A stretch of 64,000 nt of DNA. Source: a bacterium (lineage in GTDB: Bacteria; Patescibacteriota; Saccharimonadia; Saccharimonadales; SZUA-47). Position numbers and translations under genes: made by a program. Location: the NCBI GenBank assembly GCA_030428125.1, contig JAUIBF010000001.1:426383-490382 (forward strand). The letters are read 5' to 3'. Position 1 is the stretch's first letter. Every line of letters starts with the position of its first letter. The notes beneath the pieces are model-generated. The model ran no database searches and had not been told where the DNA came from. It saw only the letters and a list, made by a program, of their open reading frames with translations. Positions 43,334 to 50,735 of the stretch are shown piece after piece.

Positions 43334-44092
43334 ATGGATGAGGGTAGCTCGCAAGCTTTCACTCCACCTTCAATGCCCCCGTCGAAAGACAAGCATGCAG
43401 AAGGTGATGGAGTTTTTAGCAACACACAAATTAAGAGCGCTATATTAAGCGGCCATATTGTTTTCCATCCCTACGTTGAGGAGCATATTGCTGGCAGTAG
43501 CGTCGATGTGACATTGGGTCACTGGTATTACCGTACAGAAAGAAATTCTAATGGTGGATTTTATAACCCGTTTGACGAGAATGATGTAGCAAAACACTTC
43601 GACGGACCACAAGCAGCGGAGATACATCATACTTGGGCAGAAAAAAATGGACGAAGATTATTTTCAGGCATTCCCGAGGACCATCCGATTATTGTTTTGG
43701 GCCCAGGCGAAAGAATACTTGCCCACACACATGAGTTTATAGGTATTCGGCCACCAGGAACTAGCACGATGCAAGCTAGAAGCACGTGGGGCAGAAATGG
43801 TGTTGCGGTATGTTTAGATGCAGGATGGGGTGACCCAGGATACATCAATCGTTGGACGATGGAGATTTATAATATGAACCAGCACCACTCAGTCGTACTG
43901 CCCGTTGGAGAACGCATAGCTCAGATAGTCTTTTACCACACTGGGCCTGTCGACGGTCAATACAAGAAACTAAGTGGAAAATATCAGGTAGATAACGACG
44001 CAGATTTGACAAAGCTAATGAGAGATTGGCGACCTGAGCACATGCTCCCAAGAGGTTTCAAGGACTCTCGCAGAAAGCCTATTGACCTATGA
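43334..44092 (+). CDS. dcd: dCTP deaminase family protein (Dcd or bifunctional Dcd-Dut) with N-terminal extension
   Basis: SVDVTLG, ARSTWGRNGV and GWGDPGY..WTMEIYN...GERIAQIVF match the Dcd/dUTPase-fold trimer family; 252 aa. Confidence 0.8.
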   Translation: MDEGSSQAFTPPSMPPSKDKHAEGDGVFSNTQIKSAILSGHIVFHPYVEEHIAGSSVDVTLGHWYYRTERNSNGGFYNPFDENDVAKHFDGPQAAEIHHTWAEKNGRRLFSGIPEDHPIIVLGPGERILAHTHEFIGIRPPGTSTMQARSTWGRNGVAVCLDAGWGDPGYINRWTMEIYNMNQHHSVVLPVGERIAQIVFYHTGPVDGQYKKLSGKYQVDNDADLTKLMRDWRPEHMLPRGFKDSRRKPIDL

Positions 44093-44919
44093 TTCTTCGT
44101 GGACTAGAGAATATACCTACGGATAGCGCACTGGAAACTGACCTTCGTGTGTATGGACAGCTGCACTCAATAGACAGTTTGCGTGAACCATTACAAAACA
44201 GTGTTCATGGCGTCAATCTAGCAAACCTAAAACCTAGATTCAGTTTCTATTGGCAAAAATACTGGCCTGATTTTGCAAAGTTTGCAGAGTTGTATGGACC
44301 TGATGTGGACCCGGTGCAACACGGCCCGTACCAAGCTAGGACTATCGCCATACCAATGGTAGATGCTCAACGTAGCGCTGGACTATCTGGATTGTCAGGA
44401 AGAACTGGAGAGGCATTTGTTGCGCACACAGTTCAGCACGATGACCATGAAGGTACAGAAGCAAAAAATAGAGGTTCTGACAGAGACAGGCAATACATAG
44501 ACAGGACAGCTCAACACGAACACGATGAATTTGAGCTATGGAAGGACATCCACAGAGAGCTATTCGGAGAAGAAGCTTCAAGGACTCAAATATGGCATGC
44601 TACAAGATTTGAACACGGCAATGGATTTGCTGGCACGCTATTTGGCACAAAAGAATTCATTGGGTATCTAGCAACAGGAATTCAAAGTATTCACATAGCC
44701 ATGGAGGAGCCTGCACTGTTAGATATTGAGCGTGAAGGCGCCTGGGAAATGGGACGCAGGGTTGTTGCACATCATTATCAAAACGTAGCACCAAGTAGGG
44801 AAGTCATTGCCTACTCAGATACGGCTTTGTCTCACGGAGATGAGGCAATTAGAGCAATCACTGACCATTTCGACGTAAGTAGAGAGGAGTTATTTGCAAG
44901 TGAAGTCAGAAGAATTTAA
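44089..44919 (+). CDS. Hypothetical protein (276 aa), translationally coupled inside the dcd - tmk::thyX operon
   Basis: The start overlaps the dcd stop (ATGA), and the 3' end overlaps the tmk::thyX start. It contains a His/Asp/Glu-rich segment (AHTVQHDDHEGTE...QHEHDEFELWKDIHRELFGEE). Confidence 0.6.
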   Translation: MILRGLENIPTDSALETDLRVYGQLHSIDSLREPLQNSVHGVNLANLKPRFSFYWQKYWPDFAKFAELYGPDVDPVQHGPYQARTIAIPMVDAQRSAGLSGLSGRTGEAFVAHTVQHDDHEGTEAKNRGSDRDRQYIDRTAQHEHDEFELWKDIHRELFGEEASRTQIWHATRFEHGNGFAGTLFGTKEFIGYLATGIQSIHIAMEEPALLDIEREGAWEMGRRVVAHHYQNVAPSREVIAYSDTALSHGDEAIRAITDHFDVSREELFASEVRRI

Positions 44920-47218
44920 AGGTAGATTTTTTGTAATTGAGGGAACTGATGCTTCGGGTAAGACAACCCAGTTCAACCTTCTAACTGAGAGGCTACTAAA
45001 CGAAGGTTACGATGTAGTTACGTTTGATTTTCCTCAGTATGATAATGATTCTAGTTTCTTTGTGCGTGAATACTTGGGTGGTAAGTATGGAACTGCTGAC
45101 GAGGTTGGACCCTATACAGCAAGTGTGTTTTATGCCCTGGATAGATTTGCCGCAAAAGATGCTATAAAAGAAGCATTAGATGCAGGTAAAATCGTACTCT
45201 CTAATAGATTCACAGGCAGCAATATGGCGCACCAGGGAACTAAATTCACTAACGCAGAACAACGCAGAGGGTTCTTCATCTGGGAAGACAATTTAGAATT
45301 TCAAATGCTGGGAATTCCTAGACCAACGGCTAGCATCGTTCTCCGTGTAGATGCTCAAACTAGCATGCAATTAATTGAGCTGAGGGCTGAAAAAGAAGGA
45401 CGAGAAAAAGACATTCATGAAGCTGACCAGTCACACCTGGAGCGCTCTGTTGAGGTTTATGACGACCTTTGCGCTTTGTTTCCAAAAGATTTTTTGCGGG
45501 TAGATTGCGTTCGTAGCAAGAAGCTAATGACACGTCATCAAGTTCATGACATTGTCTGGAGCTCTGTCGAAAGATTATTGCCTAAAGCTACGAAAGAAAA
45601 AGGCACGTTAGTAAAGGGTTCCGATAATCAAAAAGAATTGGTCGCAAAGAATTCTGACGGCGTTAATTACATTACAGATGCCGGCAAAGAATTCCTGAAG
45701 GATGCCGTAACTACTACCGAAGGCAATGTTTATGCATTCAGCGATCAAATGAGCCCAATAACCATCGCTGCTGCTATGGCACGATTAAGTCGTAGAGCGG
45801 ATGATATGCGCATCACTATATTGGACGAGTTCTCAAGCAGTACAAGTAAAAAAGATGAAAAACTATTGCAGCGAGTCATTACTGCTTACGGAGACGATTC
45901 GGTTCAGCAACTCGTAGGTCAGCACGTAGTGGTTGAGGGTGCATCTAACTTGCTTACTAAAAAACTAGAGTGGGGACGACTAGCGAGTTACCTAGAGCAG
46001 TCTACAAGATACATATTCTTTGATCAAAAAGATGAACAGGGAAGGTATAAATATGTAACTCCAAGCAACCTAAAAGGTAATGCCTTGCAAAGTTACGTAG
46101 AAATAATGGACGAAATATTTGATACATATTCTGTAATGGTCCGAGAACTAACCGACTATGTCCGTAAAAACTCAAAAACCCCTAAAGCAGAGCAGGATGT
46201 TGCATGGAAAGGTGCAACCAAAGCCCAAGCATGTGATGCAATACGACCTGTTCTGCCAGTAGCTACTAAATCTACCGTGGGAATATTTGCATCAGGACAA
46301 GCACTGGAAAGCTTGATAATGCATCTTCTGAGCGATGAATTGTCAGAATCTAAAGAAACTGGACAGAAAATGCTTGAAGAAAGCAGGAAAGTCCTTAGCA
46401 CGTTCTTAGAGCGCGCTGACAAACCAGAACGTGGAGGCGCTGCCATTGCGTACCGTGCAAACACCAGAGAAGCCACTCGAGACTTAGCTGAAGCATACTT
46501 ACCTGAAAACCATTCTGCCGAGTCAAAGCCTGTGGATCTAGTTTCATATTGGCCTAGAAACGAGATGGATTTAGTCGCCGACATGCTTTATGAATACAGC
46601 AGCTTACCACTCAGAGATATACAGAGAAGCGTTGAAAGCTGGGATTTCGATAAAAAAGAGCAAGTATTTAAATCATACATAGGAGAAAGATTAAACCGTC
46701 GGCATAAACCAGGTAGAGCTTTAGAGAAAGCGCACTATAGTTGGGATTTAGTCTGTGATTACGGTATCTTCAGAGATCTGCAAAGACATCGAATGGTTGA
46801 CGATTTACAGTGGCAACAGTTAACTCCTAGGTACGGATACGATATCCCTGAACTGGTTGAAGAAGCAGGGCTAACGGAAAGTTATCAGCATTGTTTTGAT
46901 AAATCACTAGAGCTATATAGCATTTTGACTGAATCAGGATACGATAACGAAGCACAGTATGCTACATTGTTAGGCCATAAAATGCGTTGGAAGATTACGT
47001 ATAACGCTAGGCAGGCTTTCCATTTCCACGAACTACGAACAACTCCTCACGGTCACCCTGGATATCGTAAATTGGTAAAGCAAATGCACGATGTGGTGTG
47101 TCAGGTACACCCATTAATCGGGCAGGCTATGAAGTTTGTTAATCAAGATGAAGACCCTGAATTAACTCGTCTTGCTGCAGAGCGCTACACGCAGTTTAAG
47201 CTAGAGAAGTTGAACTAA
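44894..47218 (+). CDS. tmk/thyX: Fusion protein of thymidylate kinase and a tandem-duplicated flavin-dependent thymidylate synthase (ThyX-like)
   Basis: The N-terminal roughly 235 aa are Tmk (FFVIEGTDASGKTTQ). The rest holds two ThyX-like halves, WGRLASYLEQSTRY (45971-46012) and LQRHRMV (RHR at 46784-46792). The start may be TTG 44894 or GTG 44900, behind the SD GAGAGGAG. Confidence 0.85.
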   Translation: MQVKSEEFKGRFFVIEGTDASGKTTQFNLLTERLLNEGYDVVTFDFPQYDNDSSFFVREYLGGKYGTADEVGPYTASVFYALDRFAAKDAIKEALDAGKIVLSNRFTGSNMAHQGTKFTNAEQRRGFFIWEDNLEFQMLGIPRPTASIVLRVDAQTSMQLIELRAEKEGREKDIHEADQSHLERSVEVYDDLCALFPKDFLRVDCVRSKKLMTRHQVHDIVWSSVERLLPKATKEKGTLVKGSDNQKELVAKNSDGVNYITDAGKEFLKDAVTTTEGNVYAFSDQMSPITIAAAMARLSRRADDMRITILDEFSSSTSKKDEKLLQRVITAYGDDSVQQLVGQHVVVEGASNLLTKKLEWGRLASYLEQSTRYIFFDQKDEQGRYKYVTPSNLKGNALQSYVEIMDEIFDTYSVMVRELTDYVRKNSKTPKAEQDVAWKGATKAQACDAIRPVLPVATKSTVGIFASGQALESLIMHLLSDELSESKETGQKMLEESRKVLSTFLERADKPERGGAAIAYRANTREATRDLAEAYLPENHSAESKPVDLVSYWPRNEMDLVADMLYEYSSLPLRDIQRSVESWDFDKKEQVFKSYIGERLNRRHKPGRALEKAHYSWDLVCDYGIFRDLQRHRMVDDLQWQQLTPRYGYDIPELVEEAGLTESYQHCFDKSLELYSILTESGYDNEAQYATLLGHKMRWKITYNARQAFHFHELRTTPHGHPGYRKLVKQMHDVVCQVHPLIGQAMKFVNQDEDPELTRLAAERYTQFKLEKLN

Positions 47219-47694
47219 AACTGCAACGTGGCATTTGGTTCGCCAACTACGACTGTCCTCATTAATGGTAGGTTGCCAATTCTTGCTCCCAAGCCAGCAA
47301 TTTCTTGCCCAGTCAGCTCTGATACTGACTCCACAGGCTGAAATGCTACTAAGGTTTGAATCATATCTAGATCAACGACATCACCTGGAATAATGTCTCC
47401 AAGATTATCTCCTGAGTAGCCAAGAGCATTCATAAGTGCTATGTTCGTGGGTGATTCCCGAATTCTAACCTCATCAAAACTAGTAGTTTCTGCGTCTAAT
47501 AGTGGCAGGTACTTGACTCTGTTTCCGTGTATAAAATCCCCTAGAGTTACATCTGCGATATCGCGTCCTTTTTCGGTCAAAGGCGCCTCGGGTTCTGAAG
47601 CCACCAACTCCCTAAATAGTAAACGCTCCTCATCCGCACTAGTCGTGTGACTATGTACTACCCTATCCAACAGAGCATTAAAATTCTTACTCAT
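47215..47694 (-). CDS. Hypothetical protein (159 aa)
   Basis: I prefer the ATG at 47694 (MSKNF...), which has TTGCTT-17-TATTAT 10 nt upstream on the minus strand. The longer track ORF would start inside that promoter. Confidence 0.5.
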   Translation of the reverse strand: MSKNFNALLDRVVHSHTTSADEERLLFRELVASEPEAPLTEKGRDIADVTLGDFIHGNRVKYLPLLDAETTSFDEVRIRESPTNIALMNALGYSGDNLGDIIPGDVVDLDMIQTLVAFQPVESVSELTGQEIAGLGARIGNLPLMRTVVVGEPNATLQF

Positions 47695-47704
47695 ACCATA
47701 GTTC

Positions 47705-47733
47705 ATAATATCACATTTTAAGCATAAAAGCAA
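47705..47733 (-). promoter_or_regulatory. sigma70-like promoter (minus strand)
   Basis: Reverse complement reads TTGCTT (47733-47728), 17 nt, TATTAT (47710-47705). Confidence 0.5.
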
Positions 47734-47909
47734 TAGCATGTGGCGCAAAGTGCTTGACACTCGTGTTGATAGTAGTATTCTAAAAAGTGATGTTTAAATC
47801 ATATGCAACAATTATTAAGAATATTGTCCTCGTTATTCCGATGGGAGGTTCTTTTGCGTATGAGTTGAAGCATTATAGATAACAGCAATCCGAACCGACG
47901 ACCTTAAGC

Positions 47910-47935
47910 CTTCGACTCATCAGTCGAAGTTTTTT
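47910..47935 (+). terminator. Intrinsic terminator-like hairpin in the leader of the 47956 cassette
   Basis: CTTCGACT (47910-47917) pairs with AGTCGAAG (47922-47929), a perfect 8-bp stem with loop CATC, followed by T6. It lies 20 nt before SD AAGGAG and the ATG at 47956. Confidence 0.7.
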
Positions 47936-47955
47936 AATTTAAGGAGATAATAAAA

Positions 47956-48210
47956 ATGACAACTTTAGAGATGAGACCAGATGAGGCATCGTTTGCTGTT
48001 GAAGCGGCACCGACGGCACAGCATGCTGACGCATTAGACCAAGCAGGTGTACTTAAAAGAAGTTTGCAGTGGGTAGCCGCCCTAACATTGCTAGGACACT
48101 ACCCTCCAACTTCAAGCAGTAGAGAATTAGTACACTCACCGCAAATGGCACAAACAACTGGTGTAGCATACGCTAACTCAATACCTGACCGGAGGTCACC
48201 CCTCGAGTAG
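47956..48210 (+). CDS. Hypothetical protein (84 aa ORFan)
   Basis: Strong SD (AAGGAGA). I recognise no motif. Confidence 0.5.
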   Translation: MTTLEMRPDEASFAVEAAPTAQHADALDQAGVLKRSLQWVAALTLLGHYPPTSSSRELVHSPQMAQTTGVAYANSIPDRRSPLE

Positions 48211-48278
48211 AGATGCTATAAATCCCACCTTTGCAATGCAGCCTGCAGAAGTTAGCTGGAATAAATGGAGACGACACT

Positions 48279-48476
48279 ATGAATAAGCCCGGAAGCCGAC
48301 ATAACATTTGTGGAATAGATTCTATATACGGTGGTAGCATGTACAAAGAACCTGGAGATCATCCTGGGATGGACGTTTATGATGCTCGTGACGGAACCAA
48401 TACCTGGATGGATCGTCAAATTGCAATAGTAACTGGAGCTGGGACTTTAACAGTTGAACAAGAAGTAGACGGCTAG
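48279..48476 (+). CDS. Hypothetical protein (65 aa ORFan)
   Basis: I prefer the ATG at 48279, with SD GGAG 8 nt upstream, over the TTG at 48231 in the track. Confidence 0.45.
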   Translation: MNKPGSRHNICGIDSIYGGSMYKEPGDHPGMDVYDARDGTNTWMDRQIAIVTGAGTLTVEQEVDG

Positions 48477-48522
48477 ATTCTCATAATTAATTTTGTCGTG
48501 TTTATATTATATAGTATGTTTT

Positions 48523-49308
48523 ATGATCGTTAATCTGAATCGAAATGGTTTTGGGCTACAATACGGAGTTAGGTTTGATGAAGAACCACTAATTAACAGT
48601 TTTTGGTTTGACTATGCCGATGATTACTTAGAGCATTTAACGTCTGTAGGACCAATGGTCATAGGTGGAGAACCCGGTGCAGGCAAAAGTCATATTGCAA
48701 ACGATATTTTAGTTGCCGCTCACGATGCCAATAAGGCGTTTCTAATGATAGCGTGCCATATTAATGGCGGCAACTTAAAGGGTCGAGACCAGACTATAGA
48801 ATCATTACAGACAGCTCAAGAGCTAGGTGATGAAGCCGTTGTAGTATTTGATAATTTTGATTTTGCAGTTTATACAGGAGCCGTAAAAAGACGAAAAAGC
48901 AACGCTAAAGTTGCAGAGTACTGTGATTTTGTGACAACTGCTGCTCAACAATGTGCTGATGCTGGATGTGGTGTTTTAGCGACTACACATACAGATGAAT
49001 GGAGGAAGAATCATTCCGATGCACCTGTCGAAGTGTTTGATAAGTTTCATTGCACCGTAGATAAATTAAAAGGCTTTCAAGAATTTTTCGGGAATATATC
49101 AGTCGATAATGCAATAAGAATTTTAATTGGACGTGGTTTGAGTCCTGAGGACGCAAATTTTATAGCTCTAGAACTAGAAAAACAAGGAGGTCTATATTTC
49201 CGACAGGCCTACCATATTGATCCTAATAAAGTAGCAAGAAATGGAATTATTGATGCTATGCAAGACGTAGTAGATTTAAAAAACAAAAAAATAGCAGGCG
49301 GGGCTTAG
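48523..49308 (+). CDS. P-loop NTPase (minimal AAA-like ATPase)
   Basis: Walker A GGEPGAGKSH and Walker B AVVVFDNFD. I prefer the ATG at 48523 (MIVNLNRNG...) over the TTG at 48493. Confidence 0.6.
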   Translation: MIVNLNRNGFGLQYGVRFDEEPLINSFWFDYADDYLEHLTSVGPMVIGGEPGAGKSHIANDILVAAHDANKAFLMIACHINGGNLKGRDQTIESLQTAQELGDEAVVVFDNFDFAVYTGAVKRRKSNAKVAEYCDFVTTAAQQCADAGCGVLATTHTDEWRKNHSDAPVEVFDKFHCTVDKLKGFQEFFGNISVDNAIRILIGRGLSPEDANFIALELEKQGGLYFRQAYHIDPNKVARNGIIDAMQDVVDLKNKKIAGGA

Positions 49309-49324
49309 TTAGCTCGATATAAGA

Positions 49325-49353
49325 TTGTAATTACCTATCAGAGGTGCTATAAT
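49325..49353 (+). promoter_or_regulatory. sigma70-like promoter of the rplJ-rplL leader
   Basis: TTGTAA (49325-49330), 17 nt, TATAAT (49348-49353). Confidence 0.6.
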
Positions 49354-49360
49354 TACATCT

Positions 49361-49481
49361 GTTACCGAAGACAGTAGCTGGAGAAATCCTTAATCGCGCT
49401 ACCGAGGATAATAAAGAGATTTATTGTTTTTGAGCACTAAGACGCTACTTCGGAAGAAGTAGTTTTTTAATACTCGGTAAC
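49361..49481 (+). promoter_or_regulatory. Structured rplJ leader (L10-leader-like) containing an internal terminator
   Basis: GTTACCGA (49361-49368) is complementary to TCGGTAAC (49474-49481). That pairing encloses the internal terminator hairpin at 49445-49468. The leader is about 185 nt long. Confidence 0.5.
49445..49468 (+). terminator. Leader terminator upstream of rplJ
   Basis: CTACTTC-GGAA-GAAGTAG is a perfect 7-bp stem with a GGAA tetraloop, followed by T6. It lies 74 nt before the rplJ ATG. Confidence 0.7.
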
Positions 49482-49541
49482 AAATATCAATAACTGGTCG
49501 ATATTATTGATCAAAATAATGCACAGAAAAAGGGAAACCAA

Positions 49542-50063
49542 ATGGCATTAACCAAAGATAAGAAACAAGAAATCGTTAAGGAACTAGCTGATTTATTAGC
49601 AAGTTCTAAGATGACTGTTGTCGCTAAGTACGAAGGTACTACCGTTAAAGCAATGCAGGAACTTCGCTCAAACGCTGAAGAAAACGGCACAAGCATCAAG
49701 GTTGTAAAAAACCGACTTGTCCGTAAAGCATTTGAAGCTACCGACTCTCACAAGGAAAGCGATACAGCTGACCTAGAAGGTATGCTTATGTACGCATTCA
49801 ACGCTGACGACGAAGTGGCTCCAGCTCAAGTTATCAAAAACATGAGCAAGAGCGAACCACAACTGGAGTTTGTGTGTGCATACGACAATAGCGGTAATTT
49901 CTTAAGTGCAGAGGATGTGAAAGCACTAGCTGATCTACCTAGCCGTGAAGAAATGATTGCAACAGTTATTAACACCTTGAAATCACCTGTTAACAATGTT
50001 GTTAGCGGACTTTCAGGTAACCTACACGGCCTGCTAGATGCAGTTGCCGTTAAAGCAAATTAA
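49542..50063 (+). CDS. rplJ: 50S ribosomal protein L10
   Basis: 173 aa with an L10-like N-terminus (KDKKQEIVKELADLLASSKMTVVAKYEGTTVKAMQELR). Confidence 0.94.
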   Translation: MALTKDKKQEIVKELADLLASSKMTVVAKYEGTTVKAMQELRSNAEENGTSIKVVKNRLVRKAFEATDSHKESDTADLEGMLMYAFNADDEVAPAQVIKNMSKSEPQLEFVCAYDNSGNFLSAEDVKALADLPSREEMIATVINTLKSPVNNVVSGLSGNLHGLLDAVAVKAN

Positions 50064-50190
50064 TTCAATTAAGAAAGGAAGTTTCGTTATTTAGGGAAAA
50101 AGAACAGACAGAACAGACGATTTATTCGGCTGTCCTGCTCGTCGAGAAAAAACCGTAGGTTTTGTCTTGAATAGCGAAGCGATTAAAATT

Positions 50191-50571
50191 ATGGCAGATG
50201 TTAAAAAACTTGCTGAAAGCTTAACAAAGCTAAGTGTTTTGGAAGTAAAAGAACTTCAAGACATTCTAAAAGATGAATATGGTATCGAACCAGCAGCAGC
50301 TGCAGCAGTTGTTGCAGGTCCAGCAGCTGGTGGAGACGCTGGTGCAGCAGAAGAAGAGAAGAGCGAATACGACGTTGTTCTTAAAGATGCAGGCGCACAA
50401 AAAGTAGCTGTTATCAAGGCAGTAAAAGACGTAACAGGTCTAGGTCTTGGTGAAGCAAAAGCTATCGTTGATGGTGCACCAAAACCAGTTCTAGAAAAAG
50501 CTGCAAAAGAAGATGCAGAAAACGCCAAAAAAGCTCTAGAAGAAGCTGGCGCAACAGTAGAACTTTCTTAA
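50191..50571 (+). CDS. rplL: 50S ribosomal protein L7/L12
   Basis: [39 protein letters not shown]..., an Ala/Gly hinge, and a conserved CTD. I prefer the ATG at 50191 over the TTG at 50167. Confidence 0.93.
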   Translation: MADVKKLAESLTKLSVLEVKELQDILKDEYGIEPAAAAAVVAGPAAGGDAGAAEEEKSEYDVVLKDAGAQKVAVIKAVKDVTGLGLGEAKAIVDGAPKPVLEKAAKEDAENAKKALEEAGATVELS

Positions 50572-50592
50572 TAGCATAACTACTTGCAAATT

Positions 50593-50623
50593 AATAACCA
50601 CTCCCAGGGGTGGTTATTTTTTT
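50593..50623 (+). terminator. Intrinsic terminator after rplL
   Basis: AATAACCAC (50593-50601) pairs with GTGGTTATT (50610-50618), a 9-bp stem followed by a T-run to 50623. Confidence 0.8.
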
Positions 50624-50735
50624 GTGATTTATCCACAGTTTTTACTTAACTCTTTGACAATGTAATCTTGACGTGTTACTGTCAAGAGGATTATATAAAT
50701 CGCGAGTAAAAGAGAAACAAAGACAGAGGCGAGAC

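Noticed and set aside
50102-50118. Tandem GAACAGAC GAACAGAC in the unusually long (127-nt) rplJ-rplL spacer.
   Set aside because: There are only two short copies and no associated structure or ORF. This is probably slippage. The long spacer itself remains unexplained, but I cannot support a feature.
50167-50190. Longest-ORF N-terminal extensions: rplL from TTG 50167, 50673 GTG, 31916 ATG, 47760 GTG (minus strand), 48231 TTG, 48493 TTG and 51765 TTG.
   Set aside because: In each case an internal ATG gives the conserved N-terminus (rplL MADVKK..., tdk MAKLFF...). Alternatively the internal ATG sits just downstream of a promoter or SD that the longer ORF would include.
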